DNA of 64,000 bases. Origin: the human T2T-CHM13v2.0 reference genome, Homo sapiens. Below are positions 44,311-59,628 of this stretch, in pieces; position 1 is the stretch's first letter; each line of letters starts with the position of its first letter. The notes below the pieces were generated by a model that was not told the origin of the DNA, ran no database searches, and worked only from the letters and a program-made list of their open reading frames with translations. A program made the position numbers and the translations under genes. The stretch lies in the NCBI RefSeq assembly GCF_009914755.1, contig NC_060947.1. One strand, written 5' to 3'.

Positions 44311-47300
44311 AGGCTATTTTTGAAAAGTTGCACTTTTGCCATTTTCCTTAAGCAGTACAAATGGAAATGGAGGAGGCACACTGCAGATATTCAGTAAATA
44401 TTTGATGGATGGATTGAATGAATACATGAATGTATATATGCAAAAGAGTTGGCCGTGTTTCAGCATTTCTAAGGGACCTTAAAAAGAGGATTTGCTAATA
44501 GCTAAGATATAGTACTGAACTTGCCCAGGGATATTGTTTAAGGGTTAGATTGGAAAAAGAAATGCTTCATGTCTGATTAAAAGCTTAATGTCGGCATAGA
44601 ATGGTGTTACTAATTAAATCATATTATTAACTACAGAGTGCATACATATACCACAATGCTAGGCCCGGGGAAGACTCATTGTTTGTCCACTCCCTTGCCG
44701 TTTAGGTGGGATACTTATTACAAAGAAATATTGATGATATTTCATTTGTTTATGAATTATAATCTAGCAGATAAAACTGTTGCAGGCATGAATTCAGAAA
44801 GATGAGCTACTCACTTAAAAACTTAATAAAATGAAAAGGTTTTAAAGTCAATATATATATTTCATCTTTACTGAATAATTCTTCATTCGTAAATCACACT
44901 GTTTCCTTTGCCTAACTTTTCCTAGTATTTACTTTTCTTCCTTTCCTATGATAGGAATCCTGAAAGTCATAAGTTTTCTAACTTAAGGCAGTACTATTGC
45001 TTTAATATTATAAAGTAAATACTACTAGTTATTTTACTGACTTAGGCAGCATACAGAAGTCATATCAAAATTCTGAGGGAAAATAACAATAACTTTTTGG
45101 GAAAGTGTTACTAAGAGATTAGTCAGCTGTCCAAATGGGAGTTAGGTGTGTAAAACTGTGTACTAGGTATTAAATGCCCAAAGCAAGTACTGTTCTACTG
45201 TTTGAACAAAGGGAAGTACTTATGAGGACCAAAGAATAAAACAAACATAAAAAAAAAAAAAAGATTTGAACTTGAATGTCTGTTCCTGGGTGCCTTTACT
45301 TGTTCCACTCTTTGCCATATGCTTCATCCTCCTCTGTCTAGAACTCACATTTTCGCAGGATTTGCTCCTGATTCCATTCAGACGCCTGCTCAAATTCCAC
45401 CCCACTCACCAGAGTGGCCTGTCGCGACAACCCTTGCTAAAATAGCATCCCCATTGTTCTAACTTTCTTCATGGCACATACATACAGTTGTTGCTTTCTT
45501 GTTTATAATTTGCCTCTCTCCACTGAGAGCAGGGGCACTGCTTTCTCACTGTCAGCCCTACAGTGCCTGGCACTTAGCAGTTGCTCAATAAATACCTGGG
45601 AGTTTAAGACCGAGTCCCCAAACGTCAGCTTAACGTAATGCACAAGAGATGAGAGCTCAGACACTCCAGACCTAGGTACACGTATTTGCAAAAGAGAAAG
45701 ATAAACACTGCTGACTTAGGTTCCAGCCCTAGATTCATCTGCACCGATTGTGGAAAAGGCTGCTGGTTCCAGATTGACCTCATTATTCATGGATCGTAAA
45801 TAAACATTGTTTCTTCCTCTTTAAAGATTTCTCACCATTGGTATTTATTGTTTCACACTAACCATGCCTTTGCAACACTCCTCAGGAAGACAGGCTTCCT
45901 CTCATGACACATCCCCCAATTCCACCGTCCACTGGCTGCCCTAGTTTTGGATTATAAGCTATGAGCTATCTTAGCAGTCTAAAATGATTGGTTGGAAATA
46001 TCCTTCATTTGGATTGTTTAAAGTTTTCCAGATGTGTGGAGTAGCAGTCAGCAAGGAAAAAGCCAGTAGAATATCAAATGTGTTATTTTATTGCTGCAAA
46101 ATGATTTTCAACTCTTCTTACACCCAAATAAGTGCCCAGAAATTCCAAAGAATCAAAAATGTCATTGTTTCTCAATGCTTCCACCATCACTTCTATTTCA
46201 GGAGCCAACTGTACTCATTCCCAAATGGGGAGAATAATTGTATGCATTTGTAGGATTGAAACCGAGTTTCCAAAATATTTGGTGACGTTATTGAGGCTGG
46301 CTTTGTGGGGTTTTTTTTAGGGACAATCAATATCTCACTAGAGTAAATGTAGCATCAAATTGCATTATTTTAGTGGCAGGGCTTCTAATTATGATTCATT
46401 TGATAAATCTGGTGCTAAGTATGCAATAACCTTGTTCCCTCGTTTATGTTTGCCTCTGTGCTAATTTTCTTTTTAAACTGAACTCTTCAGAAGAGAACTT
46501 AAGGTATAGAATTTTTATTTCAGTTAAATAGTTTCGGCTCATTCATTGTATATACCCAGCTCTCCTGGCCCATTGCCAGTCATACTTAAATGGTGGTTGA
46601 GCTAATCAAGATGGTTTGATCATGCCATGCAACTAGTCTACTGCCGCATAATCTCAGTTCAAATAATTCCAAGCAAGAAAAGTAGAATTAGTCTACTATG
46701 CTGGGTAGATGGGAAGACCATTGCATACTTACTGGGTCACTTCACTTGGTACTAAGACTTGAAGTTGTTAAGATTTTATCTGTTTGCTTGCCTTACTTGA
46801 GTCTCCCTAACTCTTAAAGCAGGAAAGTGTGCTTGAGTTCTCACATAAGCAGTTCAGCCAGTGGTAGTTAGTGTACATAGAAACAGGATGTTATGGCTGG
46901 AAGGAACACTTGATTCGCAATTTCCCCAAGCACAACACCAATATGCAGGCTATTGAGAAATGGAGAGCATCTCCCTGGCTGCTTGAGACAGTGGTTTCTA
47001 GGCTGTAGCCATTCCCAGGGAAGTCTCCATGGTAAGGGTAATTTACTTAAGTCATGAGAAACACTGATCTTCATTATAAATGTAAAGAGAGCATTTTGGG
47101 GAGCAATTCCAGTTCCAGTAGTTTGTTTTTGCCAAATATAACTAGGGGGCATTTAGTATTTTGAGATGATAACTTGAGGAAGGAAGCCCTTGTCTTTTGT
47201 AAAACAATTACTTGTTTATAATGAGTTACATACATGTGTTCCTTTGAGATTATAAACTCTTTGAAGTTATGAACAATGTCTATCTCTCCCACTGCTCTAT

Positions 47301-47624
47301 TCCCAAGGCCTAGAACAGGGTCTGACACATGGCAGACAGTCAGTAAATATTTATAGATTGAATGATGAAGGAATGAATGATGTCCTTGAAGTTCATAGCA
47401 ATTGCTATTCAAGACAAGATCGTTTTGTTGTTGTTGTTTAATTTAATTTGTTTGTAGCGTAAGAGGGATCTTCACCATATTATGTGAACAGCAAAATTAC
47501 GGGCAAGACAAATTACATGCAATTGATCTTTTCTTGTGAATGTTGAAGGTCGAGGTCTTTCATATACACCAATTTGTCAATAAACTTTGGCCTTTTGTGA
47601 CACTGGATTTCTAGCAGCAACTAT

Positions 47625-47638
47625 TGGTGATTTTTTTT
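47625..47638 (+). repeat. Left copy of the L1HS target-site duplication TGGTGATTTTTTTT
   Basis: Identical 14-mer at 53875-53888; the bases preceding the two copies differ (t vs c). Confidence 0.85.
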
Positions 47639-47653
47639 TTTTTTTTTTTTTTT

Positions 47654-47827
47654 AAATTTAACAGCTTTATTGAGGTGTAACCAGCATACAATAAGTTTCA
47701 CATATTTAACGTACACAAATTTGATGAGTTTTGACACATGCAAACAGCCATGAAACCATCATAACAATTAAAATAACAAACATTTCCATGTTTGCTTTGT
47801 TTTGTTGTTTTTTTTTTTTTTTATGTG
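47654..47827 (-). other. 174-bp L1 3' transduction, mostly an ancient L1M 3' end, with its own AATAAA and poly(A)
   Basis: Lies between the L1 A27 tail (47828-54) and a second T23 run (47631-53), inside the TSD; AATAAA at 47666-71 lies 12 nt before the tail. Confidence 0.85.
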
Positions 47828-48059
47828 TTTTTTTTTTTTTTTTTTTTTTTTTTTATTATACTCTAAGTTTTAGGGTACATGTGCACATTGTGCAGGTTAG
47901 TTACATATGTATACATGTGCCATGCTTGTGCGCTGCACCCACTAATGTGTCATCTAGCATTAGGTATATCTCCCAATGCTATCCCTCCCCCCTCCCCCGA
48001 CCCCACCACAGTCCCCAGAGTGTGATATTCCCCTTCCTGTGTCCATGTGATCTCATTGT

Positions 48060-51911
<3,852 letters not shown>

Positions 51912-51950
51912 TCATTAGTTGATGCAGTTTCTTCCTAGTCTCGATGGTCT

Positions 51951-52967
51951 TTACATTTTGGCATGATTTTGCAGCGGCTGGTACCGGTTGTTCCTTTCCA
52001 TGTTTAGCGCTTCCTTCAGGAGCTCTTTTAGGGCAGGCCTGGTGGTGACAAAATCTCTCAACATTTGCTTGTCTATAAAGTATTTTATTTCTCCTTCACT
52101 TATGAAGCTTAGTTTGGCTGGATATGAAATTCTGGGTTGAAAATTCTTTTCTTTAAGAATGTTGAATATTGGCCCCCACTCTCTTCTGGCTTGTAGGGTT
52201 TCTGCCGAGAGATCCGCTGTTAGTCTGATGGGCTTTCCTTTGAGGGTAACCCGACCTTTCTCTCTGGCTGCCCTTAACATTTTTTCCTTCATTTCAACTT
52301 TGGTGAATCTGACAATTATGTGTCTTGGAGTTGCTCTTCTCGAGGAGTATCTTTGTGGCGTTCTCTGTATTTCCTGAATCTGAACGTTGGCCTGCCTTGC
52401 TAGATTGGGGAAGTTCTCCTGGATAATATCCTGCAGAGTGTTTTCCAACTTGGTTCCATTCTCCACATCACTTTCAGGTACACCAATCAGACGTAGATTT
52501 GGTCTTTTCACATAGTCCCATATTTCTTGGAGGCTTTGCTCATTTCTTTTTATTCTTTTTTCTCTAAACTTCCCTTCTCGCTTCATTTCATTCATTTCAT
52601 CTTCCATTGCTGATACCCTTTCTTCCAGTTGATCGCATCGGCTCCTGAGGCTTCTGCATTCTTCACGTAGTTCTCGAGCCTTGGTTTTCAGCTCCATCAG
52701 CTCCTTTAAGCACTTCTCTGTATTGGTTATTCTAGTTATACATTCTTCTAAATTTTTTTCAAAGTTTTCAACTTCTTTGCCTTTGGTTTGAATGTCCTCC
52801 CGTAGCTCAGAGTAATTTGATCGTCTGAAGCCTTCTTCTCTCAGCTCGTCAAAATCATTCTCCATCCAGCTTTGTTCTGTTGCTGGTGAGGAACTGCGTT
52901 CCTTTGGAGGAGGAGAGGCGCTCTGCGTTTTAGAGTTTCCAGTTTTTCTGTTCTGTTTTTTCCCCAT
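51951..52967 (-). CDS. L1 ORF1: LINE-1 ORF1p RNA-binding chaperone, 338 aa
   Basis: MGKKQNRK... 338 aa with REKG, ARR and YPAKLS motifs intact. Confidence 0.98.
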   Translation of the reverse strand: MGKKQNRKTGNSKTQSASPPPKERSSSPATEQSWMENDFDELREEGFRRSNYSELREDIQTKGKEVENFEKNLEECITRITNTEKCLKELMELKTKARELREECRSLRSRCDQLEERVSAMEDEMNEMKREGKFREKRIKRNEQSLQEIWDYVKRPNLRLIGVPESDVENGTKLENTLQDIIQENFPNLARQANVQIQEIQRTPQRYSSRRATPRHIIVRFTKVEMKEKMLRAAREKGRVTLKGKPIRLTADLSAETLQARREWGPIFNILKEKNFQPRISYPAKLSFISEGEIKYFIDKQMLRDFVTTRPALKELLKEALNMERNNRYQPLQNHAKM

Positions 52968-53874
52968 CTTTGTGGTTTTATCTACTTTTGGTCTTTGATG
53001 ATGGTGATGTACAGATGGGTTTTCGGTGTAGATGTCCTTTCTGGTTGTTAGTTTTCCTTCTAACAGACAGGACCCTCAGCTGCAGGTCTGTTGGAATACC
53101 CTGCCGTGTGAGGTGTCAGTGTGCCCCTGCTGGGGGGTGCCTCCCAGTTAGGCTGCTCGGGGGTCAGGAGTCAGGGACCCACTTGAGGAGGCAGTCTGCC
53201 CGTTCTCAGATCTCCAGCTGCGTGCTGGGAGAACCACTGCTCTCTTCAAAGCTGTCAGACAGGGACACTTAAGTCTGCAGAGGTTACTGCTGTCTTTTTG
53301 TTTGTCTGTGCCCTGCCCCCAGAGGTGGAGCCTACAGAGGCAGGCAGGCCTCCTTGAGCTGTGGTGGGCTCCACCCAGTTCGAGCTTCCCGGCTGCTTTG
53401 TTTACCTAAGCAAGCCTGGGCAATGGCGGGCGCCCCTCCCCCAGCCTCGTTGCCGCCTTGCAGTTTGATCTCAGACTGCTGTGCTAGCAATCAGCGAGAT
53501 TCCGTGGGCGTAGGACCCTCCGAGCCAGGTGTGGGATATAGTCTCGTGGTGCGCCGTTTCTTAAGCCGGTCTGAAAAGCGCAATATTCGGGTGGGAGTGA
53601 CCCGATTTTCCAGGTGCGTCCGTCACCCCTTTCTTTGACTCGGAAAGGGAACTCCCTGACCCCTTGCGCTTCCCAGGTGAGGCAATGCCTCGCCCTGCTT
53701 CGGCTCGCGCACGGTGCGCACACACACTGGCCTGCGCCCACTGTCTGGCACTCCCTAGTGAGATGAACCCGGTACCTCAGATGGAAATGCAGAAATCACC
53801 GTCTTCTGCGTCGCTCACGCTGGGAGCTGTAGACCGGAGCTGTTCCTATTCGGCCATCTTGGCTCCTCCCTCCC
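52968..53874 (-). promoter_or_regulatory. L1 5' UTR: internal sense promoter, antisense promoter, CpG island, YY1 site
   Basis: CpG-dense at about 53400-53860; CAAGATGGCCG intact (53851-61). Confidence 0.9.
53423..53638 (+). CDS. L1 ORF0: LINE-1 ORF0 (71 aa, antisense in the 5' UTR)
   Basis: ATG at 53423, MAGAPPPASLPPCSLISDCC...VRHPFL*, 216 nt; the ORF track starts it at an upstream TTG. Confidence 0.88.
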   Translation: MAGAPPPASLPPCSLISDCCASNQRDSVGVGPSEPGVGYSLVVRRFLSRSEKRNIRVGVTRFSRCVRHPFL

Positions 53875-53888
53875 TGGTGATTTTTTTT
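53875..53888 (+). repeat. Right copy of the L1HS TSD; EN consensus site TT/AAAA
   Basis: TGGTGATTTTTTTT followed by AA; minus strand reads TT|AAAAAAAATCACCA. Confidence 0.85.
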
Positions 53889-54782
53889 AACAGTATTGTT
53901 GGGAGGTTTAAGAGGTGATTATTATGAGAAATCCCATATGTTTACCTATAGGTCATTCTGGTATTTGCTTACAATTGCATTCTCCACAGCCCCCAGCACT
54001 TGATAAAATACAGAAGCATTCTACTCTTCCTCTCCCACAGTTAGCCGTATGCCACTTTATATCTGTAGGTGCTTTGTACACATCACTCCCTCTTGGAGAG
54101 GAAAAACAGCTCCAATATACAGTGGCTTATTCTAAAATGTGTTTAAGAAATACTTCAGCCTCAAGTACTTAAAAGCTTAAAGAGAGCAGTACCTTAGTTG
54201 GAATAAATCCAGTGTTCAAAGTTTGAAGAAATCCGGTCGGCTTCAAGCAAGCGTCTAGATTTATCCCATAGTTTAAAAGACTTAGGCAAGGGAGACTAAA
54301 GGCATGGAAGTTATTTTTAGCACCACTGAAATTGTGGAGGGACAATTTTACTGCTCTGCAAGTTGAGAAGGTTTTTCTGCTGTGCTTAAAACATGAGGTC
54401 TCCTTCCTCCCAAGGCAACACTAGCTTCTAAGCCAGTGTTTGTGAGGCTAATAGGAGTCTTGTCAGTTGTCACTCGTCAGTTGTGACCAGAGGCTTCTGG
54501 AAAGAACGTGCAGTGGAGATAAGAAGAAAACACACTTTCCAGATGCATATGAATGTTAAAGCTTTAAAGATAGACAAAGGTTAAAGAAATTAGCTTCTGG
54601 TTTTGATGTAATGAAATAGCAAGGTCAAAGCCTATACTGTTCTTTCTCAGTATAAACTTACGTATTTAAAAAGAGTCATATTTTAGCATAATTGTGTGCT
54701 AGATTTTACATTTTTATGGTAAATTTGTTTCAACCTCTTACCCTGGGGGAATTTCATAGGCAATTATGTTGATTGTTTTTCT

Positions 54783-54931
54783 TTCCTTTTTTTTTTTTTT
54801 TTTTTTGAGAGACAGGGGTCTCACTATGTTGTATGTTGCCCAGGCTAGTCTCGAACTCCTGTGCTCAAGTGATCCTCCTGCCTCAGCCTCCTGAGTAGCT
54901 GGGATTATAGGTGTGCACCACTGTGCCCAGC
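54783..54931 (-). mobile_element. Alu monomer (FLAM-like)
   Basis: Single monomer plus T tail; perfect 18-bp TSD tatgttgattgtttttct (54765-82, 54932-49). Confidence 0.85.
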
Positions 54932-55249
54932 TATGTTGATTGTTTTTCTAATTGCAAGGTGCAGTTTAAAATTTATCATTACTTAAAGTGTAATGACTTA
55001 AATAAAAGTTAAGGCAGAGAGGAAGCACAAGGAGAACTCTAGTTGTAGTAAAATTAAGGGTGACGTAGTAACCTCCTGCCTCATGAAATCTAATGGAAAT
55101 GAGAAAGTGGAAGTTTCCCCAAACACAGTAACATTTGTTATCCATTTAGGATCAGATTTTTGCCTGACAAAGGGGTGTTAAGGATTTGATTGTCTTCCAC
55201 AATGTTGGTCTCTTATTTTTAGAATATGTAAAAGGAAAGCACAAGATCA

Positions 55250-55525
55250 ATTTTTTATTGTGATAAAATATACATAAAATTCAATTTTAACCATTTTAAA
55301 GTATACAGTCCCAGGGCCTTTTAGTGCAATGTTGTGCGACTGTCAGCACTAGCTAGTTCAATAACATTTTCATCACTTCAAAAGGAAATCTTGTATCTAT
55401 TAAGTTGTCACTCCCCATTCCCCTCTCCTCCTAACCCCTGGCAACCAAGTACCAGACTTAGGCAACTGGTAAAAGCTACTTTCTGTCTTTTGTATCTGCC
55501 TATCCTGGATATTTCATATAAATTG
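55250..55525 (-). mobile_element. L1MA/MB 3' end fragment
   Basis: 'ttttttattgtgataaaatatacataaaattc...ttaaccattttaaagtatacag...ccctggcaacca'. Confidence 0.7.
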
Positions 55526-55949
55526 GATCTATTTTTTAAAAGGAGAAAATCAAAGCTAGCCATAGTTATCATTTGGTAAGTGGCATAAAAGCAAATAGTC
55601 GGATTTCACAATCAGTAGACCTTTCCTTCTGCAAGCTAGCCATACCATAAGTGAAGGACAAACAGGCACATCTTGATTATTGAACAGAAATGAGCGTTGG
55701 AATACCTAGGTACTATAGATGAGAGCCTAGAATTTCAGGTGAATTCCTGTGTCCCAGAAATTTTAAAAATCATTTCATCGATAATTTTCTGCCTGCCTTT
55801 TTCTTTTTACTCTTTCTGGAGTAAAGACAGAAAATTTTTATTACATTCTGATTTTGGATCACTGGGCTGCTGATCCTTTGTCATTTCTTCCCCCTCTACT
55901 TTTAGGGCATTTACTCCATACTATTTATTTTTATTTACTTTTTTTTTAA

Positions 55950-56280
55950 TTGTAAATAAAAGAAATTTATTTCTTACAGTTCTGGAGGCTAGTAAGTTTA
56001 ATAGTATGGCACAGGCATCTGGTGTAGGCCTTCAAGCTGCATTATCCCATGGCGGAAGAGCAGAAGGGCAAGGGAGTGTGTATGAAAGAGAAAGCATGAG
56101 GGGCTGGGCTTGCTTTTATAACAACCCACTCTCTGGATAACTGACCCACTCCCAAGATAACTACATTATTCCATTCATGAAGGGTCCACCATCAGGACCT
56201 AATCATCTCTTATTAGGTCTCACTACCCAACAATGTTGCATTGTGGATTATTTCCAACAAGTGAATTTTGGGAGACAATG
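55950..56280 (-). mobile_element. MST/MLT1A-type LTR, partial
   Basis: 'agaaatttatttcttacagttctggaggct...cattattccattcatgaagg...tgaattttgggagaca'. Confidence 0.7.
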
Positions 56281-56475
56281 CTATTTATTTTTAATTCCTA
56301 TAAACTCTTAAAAAATCTCTGGATGTTCATTTTCTACAGGATCTGGGAAACTGGAAATCTAATTGCTTCTTAAACCTACTTTCAGGTTTTTTCCCTTTTT
56401 TATAACTCCATCTTCTCCCCAACTCCCTGAGGTACTTAATGCTGCCAGTTCCTGAGGCTTTTAAGTCATCTATAG

Positions 56476-56680
56476 CAGGGATCAGCAAACTTCTTTTCTA
56501 AAGGGTGAGGTAGTAAATATTTTAGACTTTGTAAGACATACAACTGCTCAACTATCAAATACAACTGCTCACAACTGCTCAACTCTGCCATTGGATTAGG
56601 GAAGCAGCCATAGATGATACGGAAATGAATGGGCATGTCCTTGTTCCAGTAAAACTTTCTTTACTGACCGCTGGTTTATG
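56476..56680. mobile_element. MER58A MITE
   Basis: 'cagggatcagcaaactt...taaagggtgaggtagtaaatattttagac...gttccagtaaaacttt'. Confidence 0.7.
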
Positions 56681-58036
56681 ATCCATCTCCTTTCCAACTT
56701 CCAAGCTTTTGTTGCTGTCATTTGTCCCCACTCCAATTCTTGTTATTTTGAGACTGTATATTTTTAATGCTTTTATAGTCATCTTACTGGAGTTTTAGGA
56801 GTGAAAGTAAAATATTTTGCTTCTTCATCATCTTTACCTGGATACCACAGGTGAGCATGAATAAGGGGTAGTGTGAAGTATGAAAGTCTGGTATTTCCAT
56901 TACTTTTTTTCTGTAATTGGACCCAGATACCACAGGCTTTTTACACCCACTAATTTGCATCTTTTAATCTTCATTTTCCTTTCTTGTAACACAGATTTTA
57001 CTGTCATTTCAGCCTTTATCTAGAAATCTATTTCCAGCAATAGGTAGGATCTTAGCATTTGTGATTTCATGTAAAATTAATAGAACCTAGATTATGGGCA
57101 GTGCAGTCAGCGTAGGAGACTAACTTGCAAAGGGCAGGTGAGAAAAACAGCCCTTTCAAAGAAGGGCTAGGATCAGCAGAACATGCTGATAATCGGGAGG
57201 CTGCAGCTTCTCTGACTGCCCACCAGGGGTAGAACTGAGGCCACTGAGAGCAGTTGCTAGTCCTCGCACCCCGAGACCTCGAGCAATGGTGGCAAATAGG
57301 ACAGGAAGCCATTCTCTGAGTCAGCAGCTCCCAAATATAAGCCAGGAGTAGCAGCACATATGTTCCCAAACTGTGATTATGCTCCACAATCCCCTCCCTT
57401 CCTCTCCCAGAGCAAATCACAGCCATTCTCAGTGTGCTACTGCTGAGGAAAGAGAACTGGAAAATAAATCCTCTGTGTTTTCCAATGAAAATACTGTTCA
57501 ATGTTTAAATAAATGTTATAGAAGCAACAGCTTTCAGACATGACTGCACGTTGTGATCACCTGGGGAATTTTGAACACTCCTAAAGCCCAGGCCCCACCC
57601 TAGACTATTGATGTCAGACTCTCTGAGGGTGGGGCCAAGGCATTAGCATTTTAATGCTACCTTGAGGATTCCAGTGAACAACCAGGTTGAAACCTCATTT
57701 TCTTGCCCCTCCAACCCCCCATGGATTTTCTTATCAGCTCATTTCCTCAGCAAAGGTAAATTGACACTAGGGCATGACACAGAGCAAGAGTGTTCTGACT
57801 TGGGACGGGAAATTTAGGAAACTGTAGAGTATAATTATGGTTTTAGAACATAAGATTTTTTAAATATAAGACTATGAGAGTTATGTCATATTTAATAAAA
57901 GCTCAAATTTAGGCACTATTTTAAGCACTTTCCATATATCATCTCATTTAATCTTCATAACAAACCTGTGATGGATTATTATCATTTTCATATTATTACC
58001 AAAAGAGATCCTAAAGCACAAGGAGGTTAATTTACT

Positions 58037-58443
58037 TGTAGTAGTCCATTTTGTGTTGCTATAAAAGAATACCCAAAGCTGGGTAATTTATAAAGAAAAG
58101 AGGTTTATTTGGCTCACAGTTTTGCAGGTTATACAAGCATGGCACCAACATCTGTTCAGCTTCTAGTGAGGCCTCAAGAAGTTTTTACTCATGGTGGAAG
58201 GGTGAAGGAGGAGCAGGCATGTCACATGGAGAGAGAGAGGAGTAGGTGCCAGGCTCCTTTTAACAACCAGCTCTCAAGTGAACTAATAGAGAGGGAACTC
58301 ACTCATTACCAAGAGGATGGCATTAAGACATTCATGAAAGACCCACCCCCATGACCCAAATGCCTCCCACTAGGTCCATTTTCAACACTGGGGATCACAC
58401 TTCAACGTGAGATTTGGAGGAGACAAATATCCAAACCATATCA
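58037..58443 (-). mobile_element. MSTB-like solo LTR inserted in a MIR
   Basis: 'tagtccattttgtgttgctataaaagaatacc...gagatttggaggagacaaatatccaaaccatatca'; the MIR continues 'cttgtccaaggttacac'. Confidence 0.85.
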
Positions 58444-59113
58444 CTTGTCCAAGGTTACACACAAGAAGTAAGTGGCAGACTTCGGGGTCCATCCCTAGCA
58501 TTTAAGATCATGGCTACACTGCCTCTACATCTAATTTTGCAAATAGATGATTCCTTCATAGAAAAGAATCAAATTATAATAAATGTAAAACTGAGTAAAA
58601 ATAAAAATCTGTGGGTACAGCACATGTCCACAATCTTTTATCTCAATTCTGAAATCTCCCAAAGCTTTAAAAAGTTTTGGAAATTTGGACCCAAAACTCA
58701 TTTGCCTTTAAGACCTGAATCTAACCCATGTGAGGTCATGTCTAATCCTTTTTTTTGCCCATCATAGTATAAATATTCACATTTTTTGTGGCACAGTTAT
58801 TACATTTTACTATTCTTTGCTCCGGCAGACTCACCTAGGGCTGTTAGGTAATATATGGCTATGGAAATCCAAAGTGCTGTGTGCCAAATGTTTCTAGCCC
58901 TCCGTCCTCTAGACACATTGTAGGGTTGCACTTTCCTTCCCTTTTAAAGTTAGGTATGATCGTGTGACTTGATTTGGCCAATGAAATGTGAACTGATGTA
59001 ATATATGTCATTTCCAAGCAGCAGTTTTAAGAGACGGTTTGCACTTAGTTGTAACTCTCTTTCCAGAGTTGCTGGAACTCTGACCAGCAACACCCCTGAT
59101 GGTGCTTGCTCTG

Positions 59114-59628
59114 TGTGATGGTTAATTTTATGTGTCAACTTGACTGGGCTAAGGGCTGCCTAGGTAGCTGGTGAAACATTATTTCTAGGTGTGTCTGTGA
59201 AGGTGTTTCCAAAGGAGATTAGCATTTGCATTGGTAGACTGAGTAAAGAAGATCACCCTCCCTGGTATGGGCAGGCATCATACAACCCACTGAAGGCCCA
59301 ATTAGAGCAAAAAGGTGAAGGAAGGGTGAATTTTCTCTGCTTGATCTGAGGCATTTATCTCCTCCTGCCCTCAGCCATCAGTGCTTTTAGTTCTTTGGCT
59401 TTCAGACTATGACTGGAATTTATACCATTAGCCCCCTGATTCTCAGGCATTTAGACTCAGACTGAATTACGCCACTGGTTTTTCTGTTTCTCTAGTTTGC
59501 AAATGGCGGACTGTGAGACTTCTCAGTTTTCATAACCAGGTGAGCCAATTCCCATAATAAATCTTCTCTTACATATACCTAAACATATCCCATTGGTTCT
59601 GTTTTTCTAGAGAATCCTGACTAATACA
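59114..59628 (+). mobile_element. MLT2 (ERVL) solo LTR nested in an MLT1 LTR (about 58880-59745)
   Basis: TGTGATGGTTAATTTTATGTGTCAACTTGACTGGG...CCTGACTAATACA; TSD ctctg/ctctt. Confidence 0.88.

Noticed and set aside
47654-47790. Reading this as a resident old L1M into whose tail the L1HS inserted
   Set aside because: The only TSD match to the L1HS 5' flank (TGGTGA-T8) lies outside this segment, and the 5' flank does not continue the L1M sequence
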